From the NCBI GenBank assembly GCA_002633005.1, contig NMRA01000148.1:186001-250000 (forward strand): 64,000 nt of DNA, given 5' to 3'. Below the pieces are notes generated by a model. It ran no database searches. It had not been told where the DNA came from and worked only from the letters and a program-made list of their open reading frames with translations. The DNA is from Phoronis australis. Its lineage: Eukaryota > Animalia > Phoronida. The number at the start of each line of letters is the position of its first letter. The stretch's first letter is position 1. Below, piece after piece: positions 12,801 through 23,300 of the stretch. Made by a program: the position numbers and the translations under genes.

Positions 12801-15800
12801 GAACAATTAGACTGATATTCAGCCACAAGTGAAAACAGTACTACATAGAACACAATATGGCAGAATAGTGGAATGCTTTACTTTGTCAAAATTTTCAACA
12901 AAAACAATCAGGAAGAAAAGTGCTCAGTATTTGTACAATTACTTATATTCAACAGTTTTGTCATCAACGAACACGTGATGAAACTGCGGCCATTTTAGCA
13001 ATGTTGTGAGGATTTGAAAAATGACAATTTTAGCAATTACTTTTGTTCGAATTAGGGGAAATTTTAAAGTTACTCATTATCTTACATTTTGGAGCACTGC
13101 TTCAAGTTCAAAAGGTCAAACACCGCACCAATCTTTTGGAAACTCACTTGGTATTCCGAATAACTAACACCTTGTCTACGGCGTTTGGAACTTCGTTATT
13201 CTCACAAAACCACTGGAAGTGCGGGAAAGGAAACCCGGTGGCGTTGCATTCCAGCCGCAGTTCGTCACCCTCTGAGATCTGTGCCTGGGGTGCAGGGTGC
13301 TTCGTGATTTGTGCAGGACCTGAAGAGTGGAGCGAGTTATTACAAGAAGAAATTGAATTGCTTATTCAAAAAGAAGTTGATATTTCCCAACAACAGATTA
13401 CCTGTTAGAACCCATTCATACTAACTAAACTACTGTATGAGAGGAGCATCGACATAAACTGCGAAGTTAGTCAAAAATTTCATACCACCTTCAGCAGTTA
13501 ACGAACATCAAATTTAACGGTAGGTGACCCTATCATCATCGAAATAATAGCAAGATAGCACTGTTGCATTAGATGACCTTGACCTAATCTTTCTATACAG
13601 CATCAGTGTCAAGCAAATTTCCACTTCACACTATTATTTCATTACCTAACCTTTTTAATGTGACAAGTTGATAATGTAATGAGACATAAAACTTATTTTT
13701 TTATTGAACTGGTGGTTATTTGTGTAAAGTATCAGCGACTATGCTGTCCTTTGTAGACTATAGCAGTGGCGCCTGCAGATAACTTTGACGAGACTTAACT
13801 TGACCGCTCATACAGCGCCGCAGCGTCGATGCTCGGCCATTCATTGGAGTGACTAAAATTTGGGAACTATTTCTACAAATATGCTGCTTCTCAAACTGAG
13901 AAACCATTTTGGAAGGAACTATTTAACTTTCTGTACATGATTTTTCTAATATAATAGATCGGGAGGAAATACCATATCACCTAATTTGGTATAACACTAA
14001 TGTATTGATTGGTGGAGAAACTGTTTTTTGGAGAAGATGGTTTGAAAAGGGTGTTTATTATATCTTAGACCTATGAGACGAGCATGAATCTTTGTTATCT
14101 TTTGAAGCTTTTTGCAAAAAGTTCAATTTTAGACCAATGTTTTTGAATTTTTATGGGCTCAAAGAGGCTGTTTGTCAAAAATGGAAAATCTCAAAAAGAG
14201 ACAAGTTTTCCTTCTACGCACTCTTTATCCCAATTTTTGTGAAATTATTACTTGCAGACAAAAAGGGCTCAAAACATATATACAACACTTTTGTTCCAAA
14301 CAAATATTCTAGGCCAAGGTCTGAGATGAGGTGGCAGGCAGAACTTGCTGTACCAGACACTAATGAATGGTGGAAAAATGCATACCTTGTGAACTTTACA
14401 CTTGATATGAAATTTCGTTGGTTTCAATTTAGACTGTTACATAGGATAATCAGCTGTAACTCTTATCTTGTCAAAATTGGGGTCAGTAACTCCCCCTTGT
14501 GTACGTTTTGTAAGAGTGAAACTGAGACTTTGCTTCACTTATATTGGCAATGTGATGTTGTTCAAAATTTTTGGAACAATGTTGAAGATTCTGTTAGAAA
14601 AAAACCCAATATTTCCCTAGGTACAAATGTGCTTACAGTTTTCTTTGGAAACAGATGCAGAAGGCAGCCAATTCAAACTTTAATCTTGTGTCTCTGCAAG
14701 TTCCATTTATATAAGCAACGTCTCAAGGGTAAACATCCAAATTTAATTATATTAACAAAAGAAATTGACAGCTATTACTCCTGTGAAAAATGTATTTATT
14801 CAAAATATTTACAAATGGAAAAATTTACAAACAGGTGGTCTCAGATGCATAATTTAATAGCAATGTAAGGATATTTTTATCATACCAAAATACTATCTCC
14901 CCTTTTCAGAGCCTTATACTGCTACACTGTTTTGTATGTTTTTTTTTTCTTTAAATAAAAAATGTATTTCTAAAATCCGGTTCAAGTATACATTTAACTT
15001 AATAAACTTTAATTTCATTGAATTGTAAAGTAAGGCAAGGGAACCCCAGACCTTTGTCCTGGCTTATGTTGAATTTGTAAAATAAAAAAATAAAAAAACA
15101 TATAGGACATAATCTTTTAAACAGGAAGTAGGTCTAAACAAAAATCTATACTCTCACATACTATGAGTCAGGAACAACTTCAAAGCCTCTTCATGCTCCA
15201 TTGTTCTTAAGTAGGACACCAAATGTTCAACAGTCTTTCCTCTTGATCCCAAGTCATACAATACTTTCTCAGTCGGACTTTGCCGGCAATGGTATAATGA
15301 GGCAAACTGCTCCACTTGGAAAAAACTGAAACATAAGTAGATCTCATCTGAATAATCTAAATGATAAACTGACATAGAAATATAGATCACAAATATTTTT
15401 AAGTCTAGTCCGGAAACCACCTGTTAGCCACATCATGTGAGCTAATGAATATAAGTCTGAAAAGTTTGAGTCCTGGTCGCGGCAGAAATCTTTTCAGAGT
15501 TGCATTCACAAGCCGGTCATATGATGTGGCCAACAGGTGGTGTGCATGCCAGATTTTAAAATGTTTGTGAAGAAGTAGACTTTGCAAGGCCTTAGTTTAA
15601 GCAAAGGCATAGAAGTAAGATTAGAATCCAATTACATTGAACAAGACCAATGCAAAGCACTGATATGCACCCACAGTTCTTTCCAAACGGTAAGCAATTC
15701 TAGGAGTCATATTAGGTGTGTTAGCAGACAACAATAATTTCACCACAGTGTAGCTACAACAGTCAGAACTGACAAACAGTTCCAGTATCACACCCTTCAA

Positions 15801-16931
15801 ACTAACAACAAAACGGAAAAGTTAAAAAATGATCAGCATTCAATATTTTTTTTAAAAGAAATACAAAATATGTGGATGGCGTTAACGCAACAGTTGCCAC
15901 AGTTATTTTCACTAATTCTTGTTTGTTCTTTAGATGGATTCGCCTACTCAAATCAGTGCTAATACCGTGTCCAGTTAATTGTTATTGAAGTCCCTGAGAT
16001 TGCACTGCCGTCATTTTATGTTATGGCCTAATTATGAGTACCAGATGAGTTGACATGCCACATACAGTACAGTCAAGGACAAGTACTGCTAATAAAAGGA
16101 CAGTAATACATCCCAGTTCTTTTGTATTTGGTACCAATATTGAAAAATTGTTGATATTAAATTTCCAGAATCGGTATTGGTATTGCACCAGTTTCCAATT
16201 ACCATCAGTGGTACCCATCCCTGTAACTGACATAGAGTCGAATAGCTAACGATACTACACATAGCTACTCCGATGTCCTCAGCTCAACTCATGACCCTTC
16301 AATTTAGAAACTGACTCCCAATTAGTCAGAATATTACCATTACCTAATATTAGGCACTCACTGTAATGACTGTAAACTACTGACATCTAGTGAGAAAAAC
16401 AAGGCAACCATCCTGAATAGGTCATGTTTGGTTGAGCAGATACGTCCCCTTATATCCATTCAACATGACAGAGACAAAAAGCATCAGAATATATCCCATA
16501 ATGAATTGCAGATATCATGAGCAGAAGAGAAAAATAGAATAAGCTGATCATCTTAGTAAAAGTCCAAGTTCAGCCAAAAGCTTACTCTACAACTTTCCAA
16601 AGTTTCACTTTCAAATCCCACACCCTGAGATTGGCAGTTAGAGTAAATGCCCACCCCAACTTTTCAAAAAGCTGTGTTTAGTATTAAAACTGCCCATGCT
16701 CTGCTTGACACGCCCACCCAGATTTTGCAAATATTCAGTTTGAATGTCCTGAACATCAACACAGATGAATACACCAATACGACACCTGTAGGATGGGTTT
16801 GGCATAGCTTGGATTAGAGCTCTCCAGTTCTTTGTGGGCACACCATTGTCCAGAAGTTCTTGCAGTCGAAAGAAAATCATTGGAGGCATGTCGTTAATAT
16901 TTGTCTCCTTTGGAATGATATACTGATCCAT
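813..16931 (-). CDS. MALT1: MALT1-like type-1 paracaspase (DD-Ig-Ig-caspase-like); multi-exon, 3' end outside window
   Basis: Phase-consistent GT-AG exons: 16931-16786, 15325-15162, 13319-13148 (dup 10244-10073), 11943-11843 (dup 8868-8768), 7592-7435, 5263-5167, 4525-4292, 3834-3657, 899-813. Translation has DKVALLIGN, FGGHG (catalytic His), ILDNCR (catalytic Cys) and GNTVFFYAT, collinear with human MALT1 as recalled. Confidence 0.95.
1317..1401. repeat. 13-bp minisatellite (TACTGTTACTGAG)n, about 6 units
   Basis: Visible periodicity. Confidence 0.9.
1585..2408. mobile_element. Non-autonomous element with a long 5' hairpin and split inverted repeats (Crypton-like by inference)
   Basis: ATAGATTATTACATG/CATGTAATAATCTAT and TTATCTAGAGCCC/GGGCTCTAGATAA inverted pairs; TTATACCAC (about 1736) inverted at GTGGTATAA (about 2400). 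Confidence 0.5.
3066..3486. mobile_element. HINE-like non-autonomous element
   Basis: Starts AACTAG in an A-tract; ends with ACAGAC motifs and a short hairpin before GTATAAAA. Confidence 0.4.
3657..3834 (-). CDS. MALT1: MALT1 catalytic exon (His and Cys)
   Basis: VFYFGGHGFS...VFILDNCRM; cag/gtaagt sites. Confidence 0.95.
4292..4525 (-). CDS. MALT1: MALT1 caspase-like domain exon 1
   Basis: ...ATDKVALLIGNSKY...LGFKVVALINLS...EGVY; gtgagt donor. Confidence 0.92.
5167..5263 (-). CDS. MALT1: MALT1 Ig2 exon b
   Basis: IPKASASFGGVYYCVVTNMFGRCQTRSANLSI (Ig G-x-Y-x-C motif); ctag/gtaagc sites; not in ORF track. Confidence 0.88.
5326..6306. mobile_element. hAT-like non-autonomous element, 5-bp TSD GAGCA
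   Basis: TIR CATAGGCGGATTTAG/CTAGATCCGCCACTG; GAGCA on both flanks. Confidence 0.8.
7435..7592 (-). CDS. MALT1: MALT1 Ig2 exon a
   Basis: FIPRILSEPSDTIVLPNQPVKLSCSAFARPEPRYQWYLNNQPVDGATGPDYF. Confidence 0.9.
7766..7951. repeat. 60-bp tandem repeat x3
   Basis: TTAGGACAGATTGCCTCACAATAGGGACAT at 7801, 7861, 7921. Confidence 0.92.
8377..8617. repeat. 120-bp tandem duplication (single copy in the other duplicate, about 11572-11690)
   Basis: AAAATAACACGCTTTC at 8401 and 8521. Confidence 0.85.
8768..8868 (-). CDS. MALT1: MALT1 Ig1 exon b (copy B, duplicate or allele)
   Basis: Same sequence as 11843-11943; splice sites intact. Confidence 0.8.
9368..9585 (+). mobile_element. tRNA-derived SINE with L2-like tail (duplicate at about 12443-12655)
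   Basis: A box GTGGCTCATGGG, B box GCTTCAAATCC, TGTGAAAGCG...(ATT)n tail. Confidence 0.55.
10073..10244 (-). CDS. MALT1: MALT1 Ig1 exon a (copy B, duplicate or allele)
   Basis: Same translation as 13148-13319, synonymous differences only; splice sites intact. Confidence 0.8.
10589..10940. mobile_element. DNA-transposon-like insertion present only in duplicate copy B
   Basis: Similarity to copy A stops abruptly at TAATGTGA; the sequence continues GGGCTGTTCCAG with repeated CCACCC motifs. Confidence 0.5.
10940..11260 (-). mobile_element. Penelope-like element 3' end (GIY-YIG C-terminus), cut by the gap
   Basis: Minus frame 11259-11104: HCYQQCSFNDFAIIDQAVTTKELKIREALHISWCKPNLNRQLTHHRLSLLV*, the typical PLE endonuclease tail; hammerhead motif downstream. 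Confidence 0.8.
10977..11022 (-). ncRNA. Minimal type-I hammerhead ribozyme (Penelope-associated)
   Basis: ACTT-CTGAGGA-TGGTGT(loop)ACACC-GAAAC-ATGTC-AAGT: CUGANGA and GAAA cores, stem II GGTGT/ACACC, stem I ACTT/AAGT, palindromic ACATGT at stem III, GUC cleavage triplet. Confidence 0.75.
11843..11943 (-). CDS. MALT1: MALT1 Ig1 exon b (copy A)
   Basis: VENSGRYCCRIYNGNVSSVRFTDKCLVIVDPKP; cag/gtaag sites. Confidence 0.9.
13148..13319 (-). CDS. MALT1: MALT1 Ig1 exon a (copy A)
   Basis: PAQITKHPAPQAQISEGDELRLECNATGFPFPHFQWF...; cag/gtgagt sites. Confidence 0.9.
13408..13835 (-). mobile_element. Same Harbinger-like MITE family, truncated by the LINE (partial allele at 10333-10588)
   Basis: Reverse-complement similarity to 56570-56632 and 54285-54345. 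Confidence 0.55.
13840..15098 (+). mobile_element. 5'-truncated L1/Tx1-type LINE (RT C-terminal zinc-binding region, 3' UTR, A-rich tail)
   Basis: ORF 14092-14868 with FQFRLLHRII and CTFCKSETETLLHLYWQC (zf-RVT); AATAAA and A-rich tail at about 15081-15098; stop upstream of the ORF. Confidence 0.88.
15162..15325 (-). CDS. MALT1: MALT1 exon (death domain C-half)
   Basis: FFQVEQFASLYHCRQSPTEKVLYDLGSRGKTVEHLVSYLRTMEHEEALKLF; ttcag acceptor, gtatgt donor. Confidence 0.9.
16786..16931 (-). CDS. MALT1: MALT1 first coding exon (death domain N-half)
   Basis: ATG at 16931, acceptor at 16940-16941; MDQYIIPKETNINDMPPMIFFRLQELLDNGVPTKNWRALIQAMPNPSY; donor AG|GTGTC. Confidence 0.85.
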
Positions 16932-17529
16932 AGTGATATCTGTAATGTAATATGTTATAGTCAGATCACAAGGTGACTTAGAATAAAAAACAATGATAAA
17001 TGAACACTTTAGATTTCTCCCAAAAATGTTAACAAAAATATTCAGAAGTATCTCAGAAGAGCACATACTGGAAAACGGATTTACCAGGACTTACTTTTTT
17101 GTATTCCAGGAATCTCTAAATTTCTTTTCCATGGCACAGAAGTTAGGTAAAGTAATGCCACAATTAGTCTACGACCCACTACCAAACTATTTGTATATCA
17201 CACGGTGTCAGTGTAAATCTGAGTGAAATGAAAAGGGGAGATTAATGGTTAAATACTAATAATAAACAGTTTTAAAACTCACTGTAGCTTTATTTTTAAG
17301 AAAGCCTTTAGTCTTTATCATCAAAAAACAACAACTGGTTCCTACTGAAATGTTTCACATAAAGGTTCATGACTGTACGTCATCAATAGATTTGTACACA
17401 TATCACAGTAGACAGAACCCTTTGATAACACCAACACTGGTTGAGCGTCTTTTGTGTGGAACAAGACAATTACCACATTAGGGATTACTTCATAGCAATA
17501 AAAACGTGACATCATATCCCGTTTGTTGA

Positions 17530-17750
17530 TTTTATCAGTGTGAGTCAAAATTTGCTGAAAAGCTTCCGGCGTATGGAGGGCCTATGAGATGCCCACCGTC
17601 TCTACTGCCAGTTGAGACAGTGGTACTGTCTACTCAGTCTACTGACTATGGACAGTACCACAGACCCAGTAGAGATGGTGGTCATCCCATAGGCCCTTCA
17701 TAAGCCGGAAGCTTATCAGCAAATTATGACAAACACTAATTAAACCGTCA
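17530..17750. repeat. Imperfect inverted repeat of the same family
   Basis: AAGCTTCCGGCGTATGGAGGGCCTATG vs CATAGGCCCTTCATAAGCCGGAAGCTT. Confidence 0.8.
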
Positions 17751-18419
17751 AAGTCATGGAACTACATTAGCATATTTTTCGCACAGAGGGACATCTTAGG
17801 AGGCAGTTGATATCTTTAACTCTTCCCAGCTCAAACAAATACTCCCGCAATCAAAACTTTTTTTCAAACAGTCCATAATTCAGTTGCCCAAACTTACAAC
17901 TGGACATTTTGACATTGCTCGCAGCAGGAGTATTTGTACTCACACCAACATGACTTTGATGGCTTAATCAGTGTGAGGCATAACTGGCAAAAATCTTCCG
18001 ACACATGGAGGGCCTTCGGGAAGGTCGCCATCTCTACTGGGCCAGTTGAGATGGAGGTACTGTCTATACTACTACTGCAGTAAAGTCAAAATAGATACCA
18101 GAAGAATTTACCACCAGATTACAGTAAATCGTAAGCTGAGATTAGCACACAAAGTATAAATTATAGCACTTCTGCTGGAAGTTTCGAAAGCAATGTCAGA
18201 GGGATGTGTCAGTTGTCTACGAATACCCTCAAATTCTATGCTAACACATACTGACAACCTGTTACTGTCACGCATGAACACTACTCACTAGCTAAGTTTG
18301 ACAGTGTCATATGACATATTTGATATTATGACACTGTCATGTTAGATCAGTTGACCAGTCGACAAAGGAACGAGACATATTGGTCAAACGACCTTCCGGC
18401 AATGACGAGAACAACTCAC

Positions 18420-18800
18420 CAGTTTTCTCTATTTAACATTATACAAGTTGAGAAACATGAAATGGACATATCGAACATCTAGCAGTCTAGTATGTCTTTC
18501 GAAAACACATTTCGAAACTCCGTCGCAATCTGGACCAGGAAATAAAATGTTATGACAGCTAAGAGATGGCGCTATTAATCTTTTGTCAGCGCCCTCTGAA
18601 GTCACAAAATCGAAATTAGGAACTTCATGCGCATGTGCACAGTTTCAGTGCGGGAAGAGAAATGCTTTGACATTCGTCATTTGGTACTAGGACGGTCGCT
18701 GCGCCGCGTGTTTTAACTTTCTTCTTTTCAGGTTTCCATTAGAAGACTTTTAGTCCCCGAAGAAACATTATAAGCCCATTGTTTTTGTGCAACTTAGGTA
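18420..18800. promoter_or_regulatory. Putative bidirectional promoter and first non-coding exons of MALT1 (-) and LRWD1 (+)
   Basis: Minus-strand donor CTG|GTGAGT at about 18420 and plus-strand donor TAG|GTAAT at about 18798; CpG-enriched; NRF1-like TGCGCATGTGCA at about 18628; AGATGGCGC and CAGCGCCCTCTG motifs. Confidence 0.5.
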
Positions 18801-18995
18801 ATTCTCATGGTTATACATGGTTTTGTCTACCCAACTTTGGCCGTGCAATGCATTTCTTCGTGTTCAGCCGGTTTTCGCTGTTCTAGAGATGGTGGTCACT
18901 GTCTATTCTGAACTGTGACTGTCGCCTGTCAGTTTCTGATTCCACATTGTAGACTTCTATTTGTTTAGTCCCGAGTGAGGAAGGTGGCGATAAGC

Positions 18996-19132
18996 CAAAA
19001 TAGCATGTTAGTCGAGAATATGACTGTCTACAAAATAGCATGTTTGTCGAGAATATGACTGTCTACAAAATAGCATGTTTGTCGAGAATATGACTGTCTA
19101 CAAAATAGCATGTTTGTCGAGAATATGACTGT
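18996..19132. repeat. 35-bp minisatellite x about 4
   Basis: CAAAATAGCATGTTTGTCGAGAATATGACTGTCTA units at 18996, 19031, 19066, 19101. Confidence 0.92.
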
Positions 19133-19134
19133 GA

Positions 19135-19695
19135 CCATCTCTAGCTGACTCAGTAGAGCACCTATAGGCACTTCATACACCGGAAGCTTTTTGACGAATT
19201 ATGACTCCCTGCGACTAAAACATCTTTTCGTTATAAATACCTCATGTGCATAGAGGGACACCTTACGAGGCCGTCGATGTATTCATTCCTTCCAACTCAC
19301 TACAAACAATACTCCTGTTACTCAACTTTGACTTTGAGCAGTCCCTCGTTCAGTTCCCTAAATCGGTAACTGGCCATTTTTAGACTGCGCATGCCAGGGT
19401 ATATGACGTCATGCCACCTGCCGTGCAGAGTGTTAAAGAAGGCCAGTTACCGATTTTGGGAACTGGACTAAGGACTGCCCTAAGAAAAAAAATTGATAAT
19501 TGAAGTATTTGTTCAAGTGGAATGGAATTAAATACATCAACGGCCTCCTTAGGTGTCCTATCCACATAAGGTATTTATAACAAGGTGACTTTGTTGTTTT
19601 AGTTGTGTGAGGCATAATTCGCCGAAAGACTTCAATCATATAAAATGTCTATAGGAGCTACACTGTTTCTACTGAGCCAGCTAAAGATGGTGGTT
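19135..19695. repeat. Long imperfect inverted repeat (about 560 bp palindrome)
   Basis: CAGTTCCCTAAATCGGTAACTGGCC vs GGCCAGTTACCGATTTTGGGAACTG; GTTATAAATACCT vs AGGTATTTATAAC; outer CCATCT/AGATGG. Confidence 0.8.
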
Positions 19696-20308
19696 ACTGT
19701 GTACACCCCAGGGTCCCTCCATTAGTTAAAAACTACACATCATAAGTGAACAAAAGATATTGGATTCATTGATCTCCATCCTGGTGATCACAGATTTCAA
19801 GTAGGACGTTGCATTCTCTTGATATCTGGACTTTTTTGTTTTGGGGGAGGCTAAGTGAAGCATGTGTCTTTTAGGTTTGTGAAAATGGGGGTAATTGTGA
19901 ACAGTACTTTTCTGGTGTAGATTGCCAACTTTAGAGGTAATGGGTGTCTTTAAATCCTTTCAACTCTAAAGTACTGATACTCCAGCAGTTGCAATTCTTT
20001 CAGACAGTTTTCTACTGTCAGCACTGAAATCGACAGGGAATCACCATTATTTTCTGTATTTTAGGGGTCAAACGGAAGTCTACAGAGGACCTTGGGGTGG
20101 GGGAATTGGTGGCTTGTACACATTACATGGGACTCTAGTTGCAGGCTCATTTGGTAACAATTCACAACGAGATGAGATTGGCAATGTTTAGAAGGTGAAG
20201 ATTCCACATTGACAGCTAAACTGCAGTGAATTGCTTCTTGTAATCTAGCGTTGTCTTTTCTATTCAGGTTCAGAGATCAATAATACCCTGTTGTCTTCTT
20301 CTTCAGGT

Positions 20309-20391
20309 ATGGCAGATAAGCAAGATATCACCGAGGAGTTCCTTTTGCAATGCTCTGGTTGTGCTAAGCTTTCTGATATCACCCAACTGAG
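20309..20391 (+). CDS. LRWD1: LRWD1 coding exon 1
   Basis: MADKQDITEEFLLQCSGCAKLSDITQL; donor AG|GTAGG; in frame with next exon. Confidence 0.8.
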
Positions 20392-23300
20392 GTAGGCCAT
20401 GCCCCTGACTTCAAACATTCACATTGCTATGACAGTGTCTACTACTTGTCCCACAAATTCTATTCAGTTGTTCCACTGTTCTTGCACATGTGGGTTAAAA
20501 TCCCAGTCCACAAAATTCCATCTGCATTGTAAGTAAAATTAGTCTTTGTGTTCGTTGTGCACTGTCACAACAAACTCATGAGTGAAGTCATTTGCTTTGA
20601 AGAGTTTAATTTTAAACTAAAAAGATACTCACTAAAAAGTTACAGAAAAGAATGTCTAAAGGAAATATATTGGTAACAATTATTTAGAGAACTATATTTT
20701 TTGAAAAATTCTAATTTTCCTCAGGTGGAGCCCAGTTGCGCATTTAATTTCCTCATAATTAACTCATGTGGGTTATCCCACGTGGGTGTTCGTGTTATCT
20801 TTTTGTGTTGCAATTAATTTCATTGTTATCAGTGTTCTCCACTACCTGCGTTGAGTTTGTCATGACGAGTTTTGGCTGACTTGCGATGTGTTCAAAAATT
20901 GATGCTAGTATAAAGTTTGGTATTAAGTTATTTGGTATGGCTTAAAGAAATTCGTACATTTTGGACTTTCGGTAATAGTTCAGTGCTTTTACACTCACTT
21001 CCCATAGTACGGACATGGAGTTTCGATCACACACTTGAATTTTGTAATTTCAGTCTAATTTGAATTTTCTTTTGTCCTTATGAATTCTTTAAGACCAGTA
21101 AAATAGGTTATCAGTGTTCTCTACAATAGCAAATCTAAACTGGACTGCAATTACAAAATTCATGTCTGTGCTGTGGGGTTTTGTACTAGTGTGCATGTAA
21201 AGCATTGCAGTCAGTGTAGTGAACTGGTGCCAGAAATTCAATATGTAGGTGCTTATTTTTTGCCAAGTTTACAAAACTATAAAGTTTAACTTTCGTAAGT
21301 GGCCTATTTTTGATAGCCCTCAGTCAAAAGTGGATTATTTTTAAAAGAATTCCTAACAGCGTTTCAAAGAACAGTACGCTGAGTGTAGTACCGTCAGAGG
21401 TCCTGAAGTCGTGAGTGCCCTAAAGTCGTGAATGATCTTGTTTCCTCTTCTGCGCGGTCCCGAGATATCTGGCGTTGAAGTTTCCAGCGTTCGTCTGCTT
21501 ACGAACGTCAAACGAATACCCGGACGTGTTGGTATTCACAATATGATAATAAACAGTGAGTGAGTGGCTTGTTTCTTCAAATGTGTCTTAAAAATGGCAT
21601 ATTTCACTAATCTACTTTTTGTGCATTTTCGTGATATATTTTCGAAAATAGTCATCGTTCGGATTTACTCAAACACGCGCTCCCAGGATAGCTTGAACAA
21701 TGTATCAAAATGTCCCTGGGTCGATCAAGTTTTGTAAGGCCAAAGCAGTAATAGAGAGAGATAATTGATGCTGGGTTCTTAGCGTTTTACGTGAACAACC
21801 TCGTTGAAAACGTCTGTGCACATCAAAGTTGGGTGCAAAACACATAAAAATTTATTTCAGTTGAAACTGAATTAATAAACAATGCAATGCGTTTTTATGT
21901 CGTCTAGAGTAACTAAGCACTGTAGTTGACTTGTGTGGTCTCACATTGTGCATTTCCATCTAAACGAAACGGTCACGACTTTAGGGCCTCATTCAAAATG
22001 ACCGGCGACATTAGCGACCATTTCAAAACTCTGCTTACGGAGACAAACAAGGATTAAGATTGGTAAAACACGTATATTTGTGAAGGCTGAGATATGTCTA
22101 TGACATCACATTCATAGTAGTTGCTAACGAACATCGGGTAGTATGGCCATCAGCTGCTGATCATGCTTATGTTCACGACTTCAGGGCACTGGTGTCTATA
22201 TGAAAGTTGAGTCCAATTGGTCATTGTTGAAATCTTGACCTTCCAAGGTTATTCAAATTTGAAAATTTTCCTACATGACATGAAGTTCATATAAATATGT
22301 AAATCTTGAACTGGCGTGGAAATTTAGATCAAAAACCCAGGAGCAGAAATCTTTTCTGACTTATGATTATAAGGTCACGTGATGTGGCCTGCAGGTCGCG
22401 AGCAGGCCAGATTTAAAAATTTGGGATAACCTGAAGTTATAACTAACCTTTCAAATGCTCTAACCCGATGCTTATTTTTTCAAACTGGACGCAAGATAGA
22501 GCTGTCACGATGAAGTGCAAACTCTTTTCGTCAATACAGGGTTATACTTAGCCACTCGCCCAGTCGCCAATGCGAGTAAAAATGGTGCTGGGCGAGTAGA
22601 AGTCGACTTGTTGGTCGCCCAGGTGGCGAGCGAATTTTCAGAGTGCAAAAACACTATATCGTTTCCCAGACGAACATGAATAAATTTTCTCCTCGTGTTG
22701 TTTTTATCATGAATTTAAGGTTCAGTTTGGTCAGTGTGTCAATGCTCCAGCAGTAAAAAACATCAGCGCAGTGCGATCCTACAGATTCAGTAGATTTCAC
22801 CTGTTACGCGATTCGTCTAGACAAAAGATGACGGTGTGTGGTGGTGCACAAAGGAATTTGTGGACTAGTGTGAAACGAAGAAAAGGGGGGATATGCAGAA
22901 GACCTGTCCATGTGCTCACAGCAAGTGAAATACCATATTTCTTGGAATTGATTTCTTATTGTAATGTACAATGTCATTTTAGCCAAAATTATTTAATAAA
23001 TAATAACATTCGTCCTAACTAAGCGCCCATGCCCTGCCCCCCACTCGTTTTCAGACTTCGCTAAAATAAGCGCCCAGTCCATGAACGTGTACATATGCGA
23101 AAAACGCCTTACCTGCTGTTCTAAAATTCTACAGTAATGTCTTCAATTTATCAATAATATCCGACAGTCCTGAAAAATCATCTAGACCACGAGCCTCGCC
23201 GCTATGTCAGTATTTAGCCGTGGCTGTACACTTCAAACTTCCACAGTGCTTCAAAAAGAACACCAAAGTTTTGCTGATCTTGCGAGGAAGGTGTCCCACT

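Larger units (their letters stand above)
8078..13663. repeat. Near-identical tandem duplication (8078-10588 vs 11262-13663) containing the MALT1 Ig1 exons
   Basis: Direct line-by-line identity with scattered SNPs and indels; second copy starts at the single N (11261). Confidence 0.95.

Noticed and set aside
18996-19132. CRISPR-like array
   Set aside because: Contiguous 35-bp units with no unique spacers; eukaryotic context, no cas genes
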